63,636 nt of DNA, filler included, from Perkinsus chesapeaki ATCC PRA-425 (GCA_013115145.1; 10 parts of 10 records of this genome joined end to end with filler, not necessarily neighbours in it); one strand, 5' to 3'; shown: positions 39,781 through 51,300, counted from the first letter of the whole stretch. Numbers and translations are program-made. The notes: generated by a model from the letters alone, not told the origin.

Positions 39781-40618
39781 TCTTAGATTAAATCAGTAGA
39801 CTACTGATGAGACTGATGATAGTCCCATAGATGAGCGAATGCCGTCCCGTGGGGGATGCGCATCTCTGTTGCTACTAGCATGTCTACTGGTAGACGTCCC
39901 CGTAGGAAGTGGTCCTCTGGAAAAGTCTGTGCAGTGCGCAAGTCTGGCGCGTTGGGTATCCTCTGGGACGGCATTGGTGAAACGGCTAGATATGAAACCG
40001 TGTGTATCGACGACGCTGACTATCGAGTGCTTTGGTGATTGTCGATGAATAATGCCCTAGTGTCACAGTAATACACAAGGTAATGAGGTACGAGGAGGGT
40101 CACAAGGTAATGAGTTACCAACCCATCAATAGCCAACAGTATAATTCTGCGAGGTGTGTTCGCACACTGAACTTCAGTGTCTTCAGGGACTGAAGGACTA
40201 ATGTTCGAGACGCGCCACAATTATGTTTTTTGCACAGTATATCGGGTGTGGATGGTCAAACCCAAGCAAAAAAGTATATCACAAGCAAAAAAGAAAAATC
40301 CAAGCAAAAGATGTCGTCCAAGCACTAAGTATATTACAAGCACACTCTAAGAGCTTAGAATACACAAGAATGGTAAAAGAGTTCGCGAGCGAAGCGAGCG
40401 AGCCTACAAAATTCACATGAACGGTGTAATCTAAAACCTCATTGCTAAACTGGTAAATGGCGTTGAGTGAATTTGTGTATTTAAGAATTGTCTGGTTAAT
40501 CCAGGTTTATGCCAAAGGTTTGTTTAACTCAGACGGCTCATATCGCTGAGTGAAGTAACGCATGTGTGTGTGAGTTTATAGTCCAACGCCGAAATTGGTT
40601 TAGTTGGACTATCCATTC

Positions 40619-41148
40619 CAGGGTGGCCGGTGGAAAGAAAAATAGCGATTCTTTCTTTCATGCTATTTTTCTTTCGGAAAAATACGAAAAATACAAAAAA
40701 TAAGGAAAAATAGAAAAATCAAGGAAATTTTGCGGAAATAGAATTGGAGTCATTAATCATGCGCATCATAGAGATGGAGCATGCTATTAGAGTTAAGATA
40801 ATGCAATAAATTACAACAAACTTAGCGTATTCGGAGGCCTAGGCAGGGAATCTTTGCTGAGGCTGCCTCAGTGAGGCATGCCCCCAAACGAGAAAGGAGC
40901 GGGTTCGATCCCTGGTAGGGTCATATAAGAACCATCTATTTTTATGGTTTCTTCTCAACCACGTGGATACTAAATCCGTGCCGAGGATTATAAGCGTAAT
41001 GCGGTGTTTGTAAGACACTCCCCACGTGCTAGACCTCTTGTTTTCGGAGTGGCTATTTTTCCTATTTTTCCGAGGACAAATAGACATTCTTCCTTTCGGA
41101 AAAATAGAGATTCTTTCCGTAAGAAAGAATGAAAAACCGGCCACCCTG
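40619..41148. mobile_element. Non-autonomous hAT-type MITE, 530 bp
   Basis: Perfect 13-bp TIRs CAGGGTGGCCGGT / ACCGGCCACCCTG; exact 8-bp TSD ATCCATTC at 40611-40618 and 41149-41156; GGAAAAATA subterminal repeats at both ends. Confidence 0.9.
40857..40923 (+). promoter_or_regulatory. tRNA-like / Pol III A-box plus B-box module inside the MITE
   Basis: B-box GGTTCGATCCC at 40902-40912; A-box-like TGCCTCAGTGAG about 30 nt upstream; no complete cloverleaf. Confidence 0.4.
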
Positions 41149-41589
41149 ATCCATTCTATGTGCAGCTCCCGAGCGAGACTTTAATACCTATACTGCTATT
41201 GTCACTGTAGGGGTCGCCAAAAACGAATGCAACTAGTCTCAAGAGATCCTACTCCTCTTAGCAGAATTCACTTATGCAACCAAGGGCCTGTGTACAACTT
41301 AGTTGTAACAACTCATCGGTAGTTGTAACTCATCCGATGAGTCTCATCGGTAGTTGTAACAACTACCAAAACACAATGGCTCCCAAGGTACGAGACCACA
41401 AGCTTCATGAAGCCCTCATCTCTAGTACTCCAATTGCTCAGTCTTGCTACACAGCTACACCCGATGAGACGGCGTCTCAGAGACGCCCCCATGAGCCTCA
41501 TGGCATGAGCTCAGTGAGGCTGTTTAATGGGGCTCAACCTCCATTCCGCAAGTGTCTAAGAACTTTTCAGTAAAAAGTATTCTCTCATA

Positions 41590-41772
41590 GTGGTAGTAGT
41601 TCTAGTTGTAGTAGTCGTAGTTGTAGAAGTCATAGTTGTAGTAGTCCTAGTTGTAGTAGTCTTAGTTGTAGAAGTTCTTGTTGTAGTAGTTCTAGTTGTA
41701 GTAGTCTTAGTTGTAGAAGTTCTTGTTGTAGTAGCCCTAGTTGTAGTAGTCTTAGTTGTAGAAGTTCTAGCT
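41590..41772 (-). repeat. Thr-codon-rich degenerate tandem repeat (mucin-like TTTTRTSTTK on the minus strand)
   Basis: (GTA/GTT)-rich repeat; minus-strand frame is open and preceded by a CAG acceptor; the rest of the gene was not found. Confidence 0.55.
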
Positions 41773-41845
41773 CTGATAAAACTATTTGTACACCTAGTTC
41801 AAGTAGCATTCTACTTCCTTTCTGTTTTGTCTTGCTTTATAGGTA

Positions 41846-42598
41846 AGATGCGGACAACCTCAAGCGTGCCAGCGTTGTTGAGAGAGCTCCAACGCTACTG
41901 CGAGAGCGAGTCGAAGGATACCGATGATCCCAGCCCCGCTTGCTCGCTCAATCTTGGACAAGCCCGCCAGGGCGCAAAATGGGCTGAGAGATACACGTTG
42001 AACAAAAAGAACTGGACTACGGAATAAATAGACTCAACTCAGAAATATTATTTCATTGTGGAAGACAAGTTAGCTCATGCGGCGGGAAACCAAGAAACAG
42101 TGAATTGCATGGTTCAACACCTCCTGGGCGGGTTTTCAGATTCTGCAGAACAGTGTGGAAAAATGTGCGCGTAGCAGGGTTACACCTGTAGCCGAGCTTG
42201 AGGAAATACGAGGAACATTTTGAGGAAAATATGAGGGAAATATGGAAAATACCGAGTAGCCAAAAACGCGGTTTTGGACCGTAAGGCCCGTATAAAATGA
42301 TGAGCTCACAAGTCATACCCATCGGTTGAGGACACCGAAGAAATATTCCCACACTGCTGCAGAAACTCCGCCATGAGTGGACTTGGACGACTTCAAAATG
42401 ATGGTACAGAATATTTATCTGGTCGACAGGGACGAGTCAATGGCTTGCCCTTGCTATGATGCGAGGAAACCGCCCTGCAAGCATACTATCGGGCTGACCC
42501 TCCTCGAAGGCAATGCGCTTGATGCTTACGGCTTACCAGGAGTGTGCATCGAAGACCTACTGACTTCTGGCCCCAAAGCGCGTGGCCGCCCGAAGTGA
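41846..42598 (+). mobile_element. Mutator/MULE-like transposase C-terminal remnant (SWIM finger), interrupted by an insertion at about 42127-42372
   Basis: DLDDFKMMVQNIYLV...ACPCYDARKPPCKHTIG (CxC-x6-CxH) followed by AT-hook-like RGRPK. Confidence 0.6.
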
Positions 42599-42897
42599 GC
42601 AGCATATGGATCATGCTGACCCGGAATCCGGCTTCCATATTGCTCAGGATCTCAAAGAAGAAGGCCTTGGAGATAGACGAAACATACATGCGACGGGGCG
42701 AAAGGCACTTCCACGGGGGCGAGGTTGCTCATCAAGCAGCTACTGCACGCATGCCTGAGAAAGCAAGGATAATCAGCTTGATCCGATCAAGTGATCACCG
42801 AACACCGATCACCGATCAAGTTGATCGGTATAGAAAGAGCCTCTGTTTATCATTATGCGTGCTTTCAGACGCAAGAACAATGGAACCGAATGAAGCA

Positions 42898-43065
42898 GCC
42901 ATGGAAGAAGCGATGCCGGGCTTGCCTGAACCAGCCATGGAAGAAGCGATGTCGGACTTGCCTGAACCAGCCATGGAAAAAGCGATGCCGGACTTGCCTG
43001 AACCAGCCATGGAAAAAGCGATGCCGGACTTGCCTGGAGCAACCATGGAAGGAGCGATGACTGAC
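42898..43065 (+). repeat. 36-bp tandem repeat, about 4.6 copies (AMEEAMPDLPEP)
   Basis: GCCATGGAARAAGCGATGYCGGRCTTGCCTGAACCA units, head-to-tail without spacers. Confidence 0.92.
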
Positions 43066-43977
43066 GGAAGCATATGAGTCATAAGGTATCTGGTCATATG
43101 CCTCGTCATATGATATGACGAGGCATATCATATGCCACATATGACGAGAAGCCATATGAAGTAACTGAAACGGAAAGCAGGGCAACTATGCAAACGTGAG
43201 CCTTATTTCAAAGGATCCGGAGAGCCCCCTCTTGCTAAACAACTCCGACTCTTACGTCGAATCGATTATAAGAAGATGCACGCAGTGAGCCTACAATCAC
43301 CTTCTCATAATTAAAGTGAAGGCGCATATAGTTATGATATACAATGCATACTGTAGGTCTCTATTATACTATATTACTATGTGTCACTGATAGCGTGTCA
43401 TTGATAGATACGCGGAGCCCTGTGTAGGCTCTGTAATTTAATCATTCATGCAGGCTAATTCGCTCACAGCCATGCAGTGTGCACCTAGACAATATTGACA
43501 GGATACAATAAAACTCATTCATGAATCGTCAGTAATCACTAGTATCCACGGGATCGAGTCGATCCGATCGACGGACATTTTGTTTTAGTTCTTATGACGG
43601 ATCTCCTTGAAACAGAAATCTTTTGAAGATTGAAAAGGTTCCCGCCGAGACATGATGTCAGCCAATGAACCTTACAAACAGCATAATGCCATTATGGTAA
43701 TGAATATTCGACTTCTTGTTCTAGCACTAAAGCCACGGCTTTGTGGTACACTGCGTCTCAGTCTGAGACTTTCAGACACATACTAAATTACTTTATGGTC
43801 ATTCAAAGAGTACTACTGGGCCCAGTATGAGGTTATAGCCTACGAGAAGCTGACAATACCTTAATGGCCGTCGTAGTTCTTTGGGGGCATCTAGAGTACC
43901 TTGGAGTTTTCCTTAAAAAGCCTTTATTTTCGCGAGCGGCTTGCGAAAATAGTGCTAGTATGAGCGGGTGTAAAAGC

Positions 43978-44160
43978 GGACGAGTTGGCACTGGATGAAT
44001 GGGAAAAATTGGTGTCCGAGTCCGTACTGGATGAGTTGGTAGTGGCCTGCGATGGACGAGTTGGTACCTCATCTCGTCCAGTGTACGAGATGGTCCGTGG
44101 ATGAGTTGGTCCGTGGACCAGCTGATCACTGGACCAGTTGGCAGTGGACGAATTGGACTA
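43978..44160. repeat. Cluster of about 8 degenerate GGAYSARTTGG motifs
   Basis: GGACGAGTTGG, GGATGAGTTGG (x2), GGACGAGTTGG, GGACCAGTTGG, GGACGAATTGG and weaker copies with variable spacing. Confidence 0.65.
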
Positions 44161-44714
44161 CACCGACTATAGATCACCTTCAGGGGTACTATATTAGAAG
44201 TATTGATTCGATCAACTTGATTGTACAAATGCACAATCCAGTTCCTTGAAGTCTTGAATGGTCAGTAAAACGCAACACAATTCGCTCAAGCGGAAATGGC
44301 TATACGGCAAAACTTGGACTGATGCTACTGCCACAAAAATGGATTTCAAGTTGTACCTCACTGCAACTGTAATCTATTTTCGTTGGGGCGAAAGTGCCGC
44401 TCTGAAAGCGGATAAAAAGGTCGCCTAGATTACAATTGGGACTACGACCGTCACAGGGATAAGTGGATTACAAATAGTAATCAGGGTGCCCTATCATATA
44501 TTTATATATACATATCTAGTAGCGAATACATGTTTGTTTACAGGGTCAGGTGCAAGACACCGGTTCATCTAGATAGTCGCCGAAATCGTAGAGGTAGATA
44601 ATGACATTATCATAATGTCGATAATGATTATAGTGCTTTACTAATGACTTGCCACTAACGCACAAAAAGTACTTGGCTTAGTGGTTTGTCCAAAGCAAAA
44701 TATCATATGATAAC

Positions 44715-45632
44715 TTATACTGATATAACCTGAGAAATGTAAGTGTAGGGGAAATGAACAATGGTTATGGGGGTCTTAATGAACATCTCCGCCTTTCCAA
44801 GTAGAGTCCACTTATGAACTTCATAAGAATGACCTTCAAGGTCATTCTTTCCAGTGCGAAGGCTTAACTCAACTGATGCACCGGCACTTGCTGTGAACGG
44901 AACACCCGGAACGCTTTCTTCATAGAAGGCCGACATGTTGAAGCCGAGATTGAACGATTTGCCGGCAAAAACGTCGCTTGACTGAACCGGAATACTCTCC
45001 ATGTCCATAACCAGATAACCATATTCATAAAACTTGAAGTGGACTTTGGATACAAATGAGCTGCGCATGATGCCTAACTGACCAGGGTGATGAAGCTCCT
45101 CGACATGGGTGTCAAGGTAGATTGAAATCGCAGCTGAACTCTTATTGCCATAAGAGAGCAGTTCAGCGTGACCCCCAGCCTCCGCGTCGAGCTTCTCCAC
45201 CTCCTCATCTTCATAGAGAGCTTTGAGACCAATGGCTGTACTCTCGTTCGGGTTGAAAATGTCAAAGAAGTCGACCGCAGCGTGGACTTTGGTTGTTTTA
45301 GTTGTGTCGTCTGTTGATTTGTTTTGTTCTCGAAGTGAGCCGTGGAAGCAAAAAGGGTAACTTTCATTCCGGCTGGTTGGGGTACAATTAGCCGGGAAGG
45401 AGAAAGTGCCATTGGACGACTCGGAAGCTTGCTGGACACCTTTGTCAAAAGAGGCAACTCGTTTTTCATTCATTTCCTTGTTTTCAGCCTCGGCCTTCTT
45501 CAGGGTTTCGATCATATCCGCTAGTGTATCGTCATCATCATCGAACTTGAACGAAGAGCTTGGATTGGGATGATTCTGGATGATGGCAACCGAGCTCGTT
45601 AAGCAGAAAATGATGAGCGTGATTACCGTCAT
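44715..45632 (-). CDS. Intronless secreted orphan protein of about 305 aa, paralog 2
   Basis: Starts MTVITLIIFCLTSSVA; colinear with 37390-38271 along its full length (NGTFSFPANCTPT, CFHGSL, FPYTYIS). Confidence 0.85.
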   Translation of the reverse strand: MTVITLIIFCLTSSVAIIQNHPNPSSSFKFDDDDDTLADMIETLKKAEAENKEMNEKRVASFDKGVQQASESSNGTFSFPANCTPTSRNESYPFCFHGSLREQNKSTDDTTKTTKVHAAVDFFDIFNPNESTAIGLKALYEDEEVEKLDAEAGGHAELLSYGNKSSAAISIYLDTHVEELHHPGQLGIMRSSFVSKVHFKFYEYGYLVMDMESIPVQSSDVFAGKSFNLGFNMSAFYEESVPGVPFTASAGASVELSLRTGKNDLEGHSYEVHKWTLLGKAEMFIKTPITIVHFPYTYISQVISV

Positions 45633-47094
45633 GATTAGGGGGGGGGACTTTACAATAAACGAAAGCCTGCAAGTTGGTACGAAAAGCATGGAGTAGTCGA
45701 AACATTTGCTCGAGGGAAACCTAGACCCCAAGGAAGATAGGAGCGAAATTATAAGAAGATCATGTTATTGAGGAATATTCCTGATTAAAATCTACACCGT
45801 CCGCTAAAAGTTGTGACCGTGAGGACTCTCCATATGCATCCTCATGTGACATAAGTTATGTCCAGCTGCTGTGGTACTTCCGTCTTTAAGAATTGGGCAC
45901 ACAGCACTCACAAGTTGATAGTCACTGACAGAAATACCACGAGACGCACAGCGTAGATAATAAAGCCCGAACTCACTGAAAGCCAGGTACGGAAGAGGCG
46001 GAATTATGCTCTTAAAGACTCTGCTTGAGTTAGACAATCTATGGCGGTCTCACTGGCGGTTGGTAATGATTAGCGATGTCAAAACTGGGAGTAGATATAG
46101 CCGGACAGCATCTAGTTGTGCAGATTTGTAACTCTTCAGTTACTCAAGTTGAGTATGCCGCCATGGAATCAATGCTGCGGCTCGGCTCTTGGAAGACTGA
46201 GAAATGCTTTCGGGCCGGTAGACCAGGGGAAGCTGAGGACAGACTCTGTCGCAATTTCATGTCCGACAGAGTGTGGACTCCACACTGTAGAGGCACACTC
46301 CTGCACCACCCGGTCTCGACGTTGCGGACTCTTGGGATGCACACCTGCACCCGCGGCGCTTATGCCATGATCCTCGTAGCAGTATAAGGCATATTAGTAA
46401 GATCTCTGTCACCAGCCATGTAGATATTCAATTCTAATCTTATTACGTGCCATCACGGGCGTAGTACGTAGGAAAGGAATTTTCACTACATAATTCGTAC
46501 ATTTCCCGTCTATTCCAGTGGAATAATTCCACAACTGTCGCGCGGTCGTATTAGTAGCTTTTTTCACTTGTGATACTCGACCTATGCCGTATGGCATGCC
46601 ACATGGGCTTGTCCCAAGCCCAAAGATTCCCGCTCGGCGAGCGAAAAAATACTTTGTGTCATGTTCGTTCACATTCGACCCTTTGTCCATCTCTACTATA
46701 GTTGTGGTATCCGCCACCTCTCTCTTTTTCACCACCCACAGCCACCCAGGATTCTATGGGCGCGGCTCTCGTGGCCGGGCTCTCTGATACTGTGGTTCTC
46801 TCTGACCGGGTCACCGGCCCACAACGTCGTCCACGGGCCCACGCCCAGCTTCCGGCTTCGCATCGGCTGCACACTTCCTAGGAGTAGATCAATAATTATC
46901 CCACGCACTGTTCTATTGATTTGTGTTAGGGGCCCTAACTTAGGGCTGTGAGCTATTAGTACATGGATTAGCGCTAGGCTGGTAAAATAATGTGCAACAA
47001 TTGAACCATAACTGTAGCCTGTGTCAGTTGTCGAGTTATTGAGAACACTACTCGGTTCAGGGTCACTCATAAACCTTATATCAAAGTGGATATC

Positions 47095-47194
47095 NNNNNN
47101 NNNNNNNNNNNNNNNNNNNNNNNNNNNNNNNNNNNNNNTTAATTAATTAANNNNNNNNNNNNNNNNNNNNNNNNNNNNNNNNNNNNNNNNNNNN
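47095..47194. other. Artificial contig linker
   Basis: N44-TTAATTAATTAA-N44. Confidence 0.98.
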
Positions 47195-47926
47195 TTGACT
47201 AGACGTTGAACTCTTTGACAATTGGCAGCATCTTTAATATCGTCATCATTTGGCACACCATCTAACCGCACAGTGCGAGATAACATTTCTTTCGCTGTCT
47301 CCGGCAATGGTGGACGTCTAGAAGGATCACATATATTTCCTAGCAACGAAGTAAATCCAACAACCAGGGAAGACAACACTTGGGTCTGGAGTTGTTTCAT
47401 TGCTTGCAGAGTCTAATGGGTTAAAAGCTAACATGACTCATAGCAGCGGATGTCGGATAAGAGGCGCTCACCGGCAATCTACGAATTAGGTTCCAACGGG
47501 TCTAGTTCGAGGCGCAAATGCCTCACTTGGCCAAAACAACGAGCCACATATACTGACCAGCCCGGTAGATCCCCAAGTAACATAAGCGAAATCTAGCTAC
47601 AGGAGGGTATGAGGGGGAGAAGAGAAGTGACTTCTCGCATAAGAGCTCAACATCTCATCACTTGAGGAGCTATTCACCTCGAGGATTAGGTCACAATTGG
47701 CGACGCGACCTTCGACTTGTCTCCGCGTATGCGTTATATAGCCTGCATTCCCCAAATTAGGCTTCGCCATACTCTCTGCTATGCTTTTAATCTTCCCAAA
47801 AAAGGCGTGTCTTGTTGTGCTCAATAATGATTTCCCTGTATTGAAGACGAGAGCCGGCCAAGCTGGAAGGTATCGGGCTTCGAAACTGCTTGGCATATAC
47901 TTTTTTGATTGGGTTTGACTATCCAC
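47195..47926 (-). CDS. Multi-exon hypothetical protein, possibly the N-terminus of an RbgA/MTG1-like GTPase; truncated
   Basis: YITHTRRQVEGRVANCDLILEV loosely resembles HMAKA..LKEKLKLVDLVIEV; G-motifs not seen. Confidence 0.25.
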
Positions 47927-48314
47927 GCATAACTACTGGTGGATAGTCAAACCCTGCGGTGGGAGGCAACTATCTTGCGGCCGCTAAGAATGTTTTTGCT
48001 CTGACTCGAGTTCTCTTCGAGTGCCAGATGCTATATACCTTCAGTTCTCCTACTACTCCGGATTCCGGAGTATTCCGGAGCCCGGAATCCGAATGATAAG
48101 AAATGTCTTTAAATCGTGAGATTTGATGCTCTAGAAGTTCCATTAGTCCTTCGTGTGTGCCGACCTAACGTGTTCGTCACTGTTTTGCCAGTCCGCATTT
48201 ATTTCGTTCATCTGTACTCCGTGGGAAGTAGACACTCTTCCCGGTCACGTCACGTGATCGCGTCACGCGCTGTGGTTCACGTGTTCACTGCAATAAGTAT
48301 CATCTACGTAGTTT

Positions 48315-51300
48315 TCACTCTTTCTCAAGAGTTTTCCTCTCTCCCTTTCCCTCACTGCGTTGGTTAACTGCCACACGTGGTTCCGAACTTGCCAAGCTAC
48401 GTGAGAATGCGCTTGCTTGGCTTAGCAGATATTTCTCATCATTCACCTGCCGAGCATGTCGATTTGGGGGGTGTACAGCCAACCATCTAATCTCGCCTCG
48501 CAACGTATCGCAAGCTTTTTGCACGTGTTTAATAGACTCTTTTCCAACTCGATGAAATCTTCTATTATAGAAACTTTTTATCAGAAACAACTGACGGTAT
48601 GAGCATGTCAATGCTATATCCACCAAGGCCTATATCGACCTCAACCCGATGAGCTATCTTCATATGTCGCAAAACTTGCCCAACTTCGTTCTGTCCAGCG
48701 CTCGGCTTTGGAGTGTTGCTCTCTTGCCGAAGGAGCTCTGCATTACGAAGTGGCGTGAAGGGAATACCACAATGTGCGGCAATCGCCTGAAGTCCGAAGA
48801 GTGCCCCTATCATACCAAAGCTTGTTCAAGGCTGCTGCTTACCTCTTGAAATTGCACGTCTACTGGACACTCGGTCCGTATTGCCAGAGCATATGAAACT
48901 GTATCCAATACTTTTCTATCTTTGAGACTCTCTCTTGCCAAAACGAAGGAATATGCAGTTTTAATGGCCTGACTCGGTCATCGACAAGTTAATTCGCGAC
49001 TAGATGCCCACTTCCATTTGATTCATCTCTGGTAGTTTTTTATAAGCAGCTCGTATGAAGCTACTCGGTAATGGAGCAACACCGAGCGCGGCGATGCCGT
49101 GAACACAGAACGCCACACTGGGAGGGTCCATATCGTCTATAACTGCCGATGCGGCTGCTACTAGCTGTGCAAGCTGCGCTTCCCCTGGGTGATACCTAAA
49201 CAGATAACAGAGGGATATATCTAAAGTCAAGGCTCGACACACGTCATCTTCCCCAAGGCGTGGAGTAGCTGAGCTCTCTCAAGTGGGGTGCGGGTAAAGA
49301 GGTCCTTCATGGCCAAGTCAGATACCCTCTGCCAGAAGCTGTTACCTACAATAAAACTCAATCATGTTGCTTCGCAGCAACTTACCCAAGCGGATTTCGT
49401 TCCTTCCCCGTTCGCTTCGATCAGCATCTCGATCACCACTGCGCGCTGCCGCCACTGCCACGGTGCCGAGCTTCGATAAAGGGTCGTCCAACGCCTGACA
49501 GATTAACGACTAACGTACGACAAACCGACTACTTCGAGAACTATCAACGATACCCGAGCGAACGACAGATACCTCCGCGCAGAGCCTCTGGTCAGCTCGG
49601 AACATATCCGTCATTACAGACAGGGAGTAGTCTTCCCAGTGTAAAGGACGGAACAGCTTCGGTTGCGAAGGCAACTGGCTGAGTGCGTGATTAACAATAA
49701 CTAGTTCTCCGGCTTCGAGCCTGACTAAAACGGATATGTCAAAATGGAAAGCGTCGAATCCTACGAGGAAGGGTCGCACAGGGTTCTTAATTTCACCAAG
49801 GCTCGTTCGTGACGAATATGTTGTCCAGCTTGCACGAATACAGGCAATAGTGACGCAATCGTCGGACCGTCTACGTTGTGGAATCCATGCGAGCCCGCAG
49901 CTATCACACCACCTATCAGAAGCCCAAATTCACTAATGCAGCTTCAGTGGTCATACCGATCTTATCGAAAATCCTCTCCAAATTGGACAAGTTCAACTGT
50001 GTAGTACAGATGGCAATGCTCGACATATGATGCGCCGTGCATTCCGCCCAAAGCCGCTGATTGTTCAAATATCGGTCAACACATTGCTCGGCAAAGGCCT
50101 TGCAATCATGTCTCTTCAACTTTGCTATAGACCAGAGGAGATTGGCAAAGTCTACCGACCGGGGGGCCTCGGAGATCTTGCTCGCACTTCGCGCAAAAAC
50201 TGTCGGTGCGTAATCTATCATTGGGCAATCGGCAATCTCTTTCTCGTGGGTATCTTTGAGCTTCGCGTAGCTCCATGACAAGTTTGCCCAATCGGGAATA
50301 CGAAACTCATCAGGCCGTCTAATCGCCGAGTCAAAGAGTCTCTCTGCGGCTTCGGTAACTTCCCGAGGAAGCATATTGTCTGATTCCCGAGAATAAAGTC
50401 TAGCGATCGCCCAAGTTGTATTGTTAACGTGTTGAGGCCGAATGTCACGCGTTCGAGGCTGGAGAGCTTGCTGGATAACCAGCAGCTCTTTCAATGCTGC
50501 CTCAACTATGTATATATCAGCATCGAGGATAACTCCAAATGCCCATATAATATTGCTAACATTTTGCGGCTGGACTTCAGGCCAGGATCGAAGGGCTCTT
50601 CCGCGCCGTGTAGCCTCCTTTGCAATGAATTCTATAACGGCGACTGATGCCGGGTCACATCTGACCAAACTAAACTTGAATTTGTGGTCGAAAGATGCTA
50701 CCTCTCGTGTCGCTTTAATTTACGTTGCTGGTGAACCTTGGCTATTCCCCAGGATATATTGGCAAGTAACTGTGGCTTCATGGTTTCTAACAAATCTGCC
50801 GTTATGAGGCCTTGCATAGCTCGGATAACCTACACCACCAGCCAAACTTCGTTTACCTGGGAAGCGTGCCGCCCTCCACGGCTCACTTCTATTTTCCATT
50901 CGGTTGATCCTCCTACAGTTGCAATTGCCCAAATAGCATTGGACAATGACATCGGTCTGAGCTCACTAATGCCTTCTGAACTACTCGTGGACATGAATGC
51001 GGAGAGGCGATTGGCCAGGCGGTAAACCAACGCTGAGGAACATGGGAATCCTCTACAGGGGGTCATCTAATCTCGTAGAAATGCGCTCTCCGGCTTGGAG
51101 AAAAAGTGTTCCAAATGCGAAGATGTTACAACGAGAATTCTTTTAAAAAATATATTTGCAGACCAAGAAAGGAAATATGAAATGCATTCCTTGTGGGAGC
51201 ATCGATGTTCCCTCTACGACTCCTCGTCTACGGGTGTCAATGGTGTGAACTCACCAGTTGCCTTCTTGCCATCTTGATTACTATGCTTAGCCGCCCGGTG

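Noticed and set aside
40857-40923. Functional tRNA gene
   Set aside because: No acceptor-stem pairing or full cloverleaf; only A- and B-box-like parts
42898-43065. 36-bp repeats as a CRISPR array
   Set aside because: Head-to-tail units with no spacers, no cas genes, eukaryotic context
46409-47070. Two abutting minus-strand ORFs as a frameshifted gene
   Set aside because: No recognisable domain or clear splice sites; could not be supported
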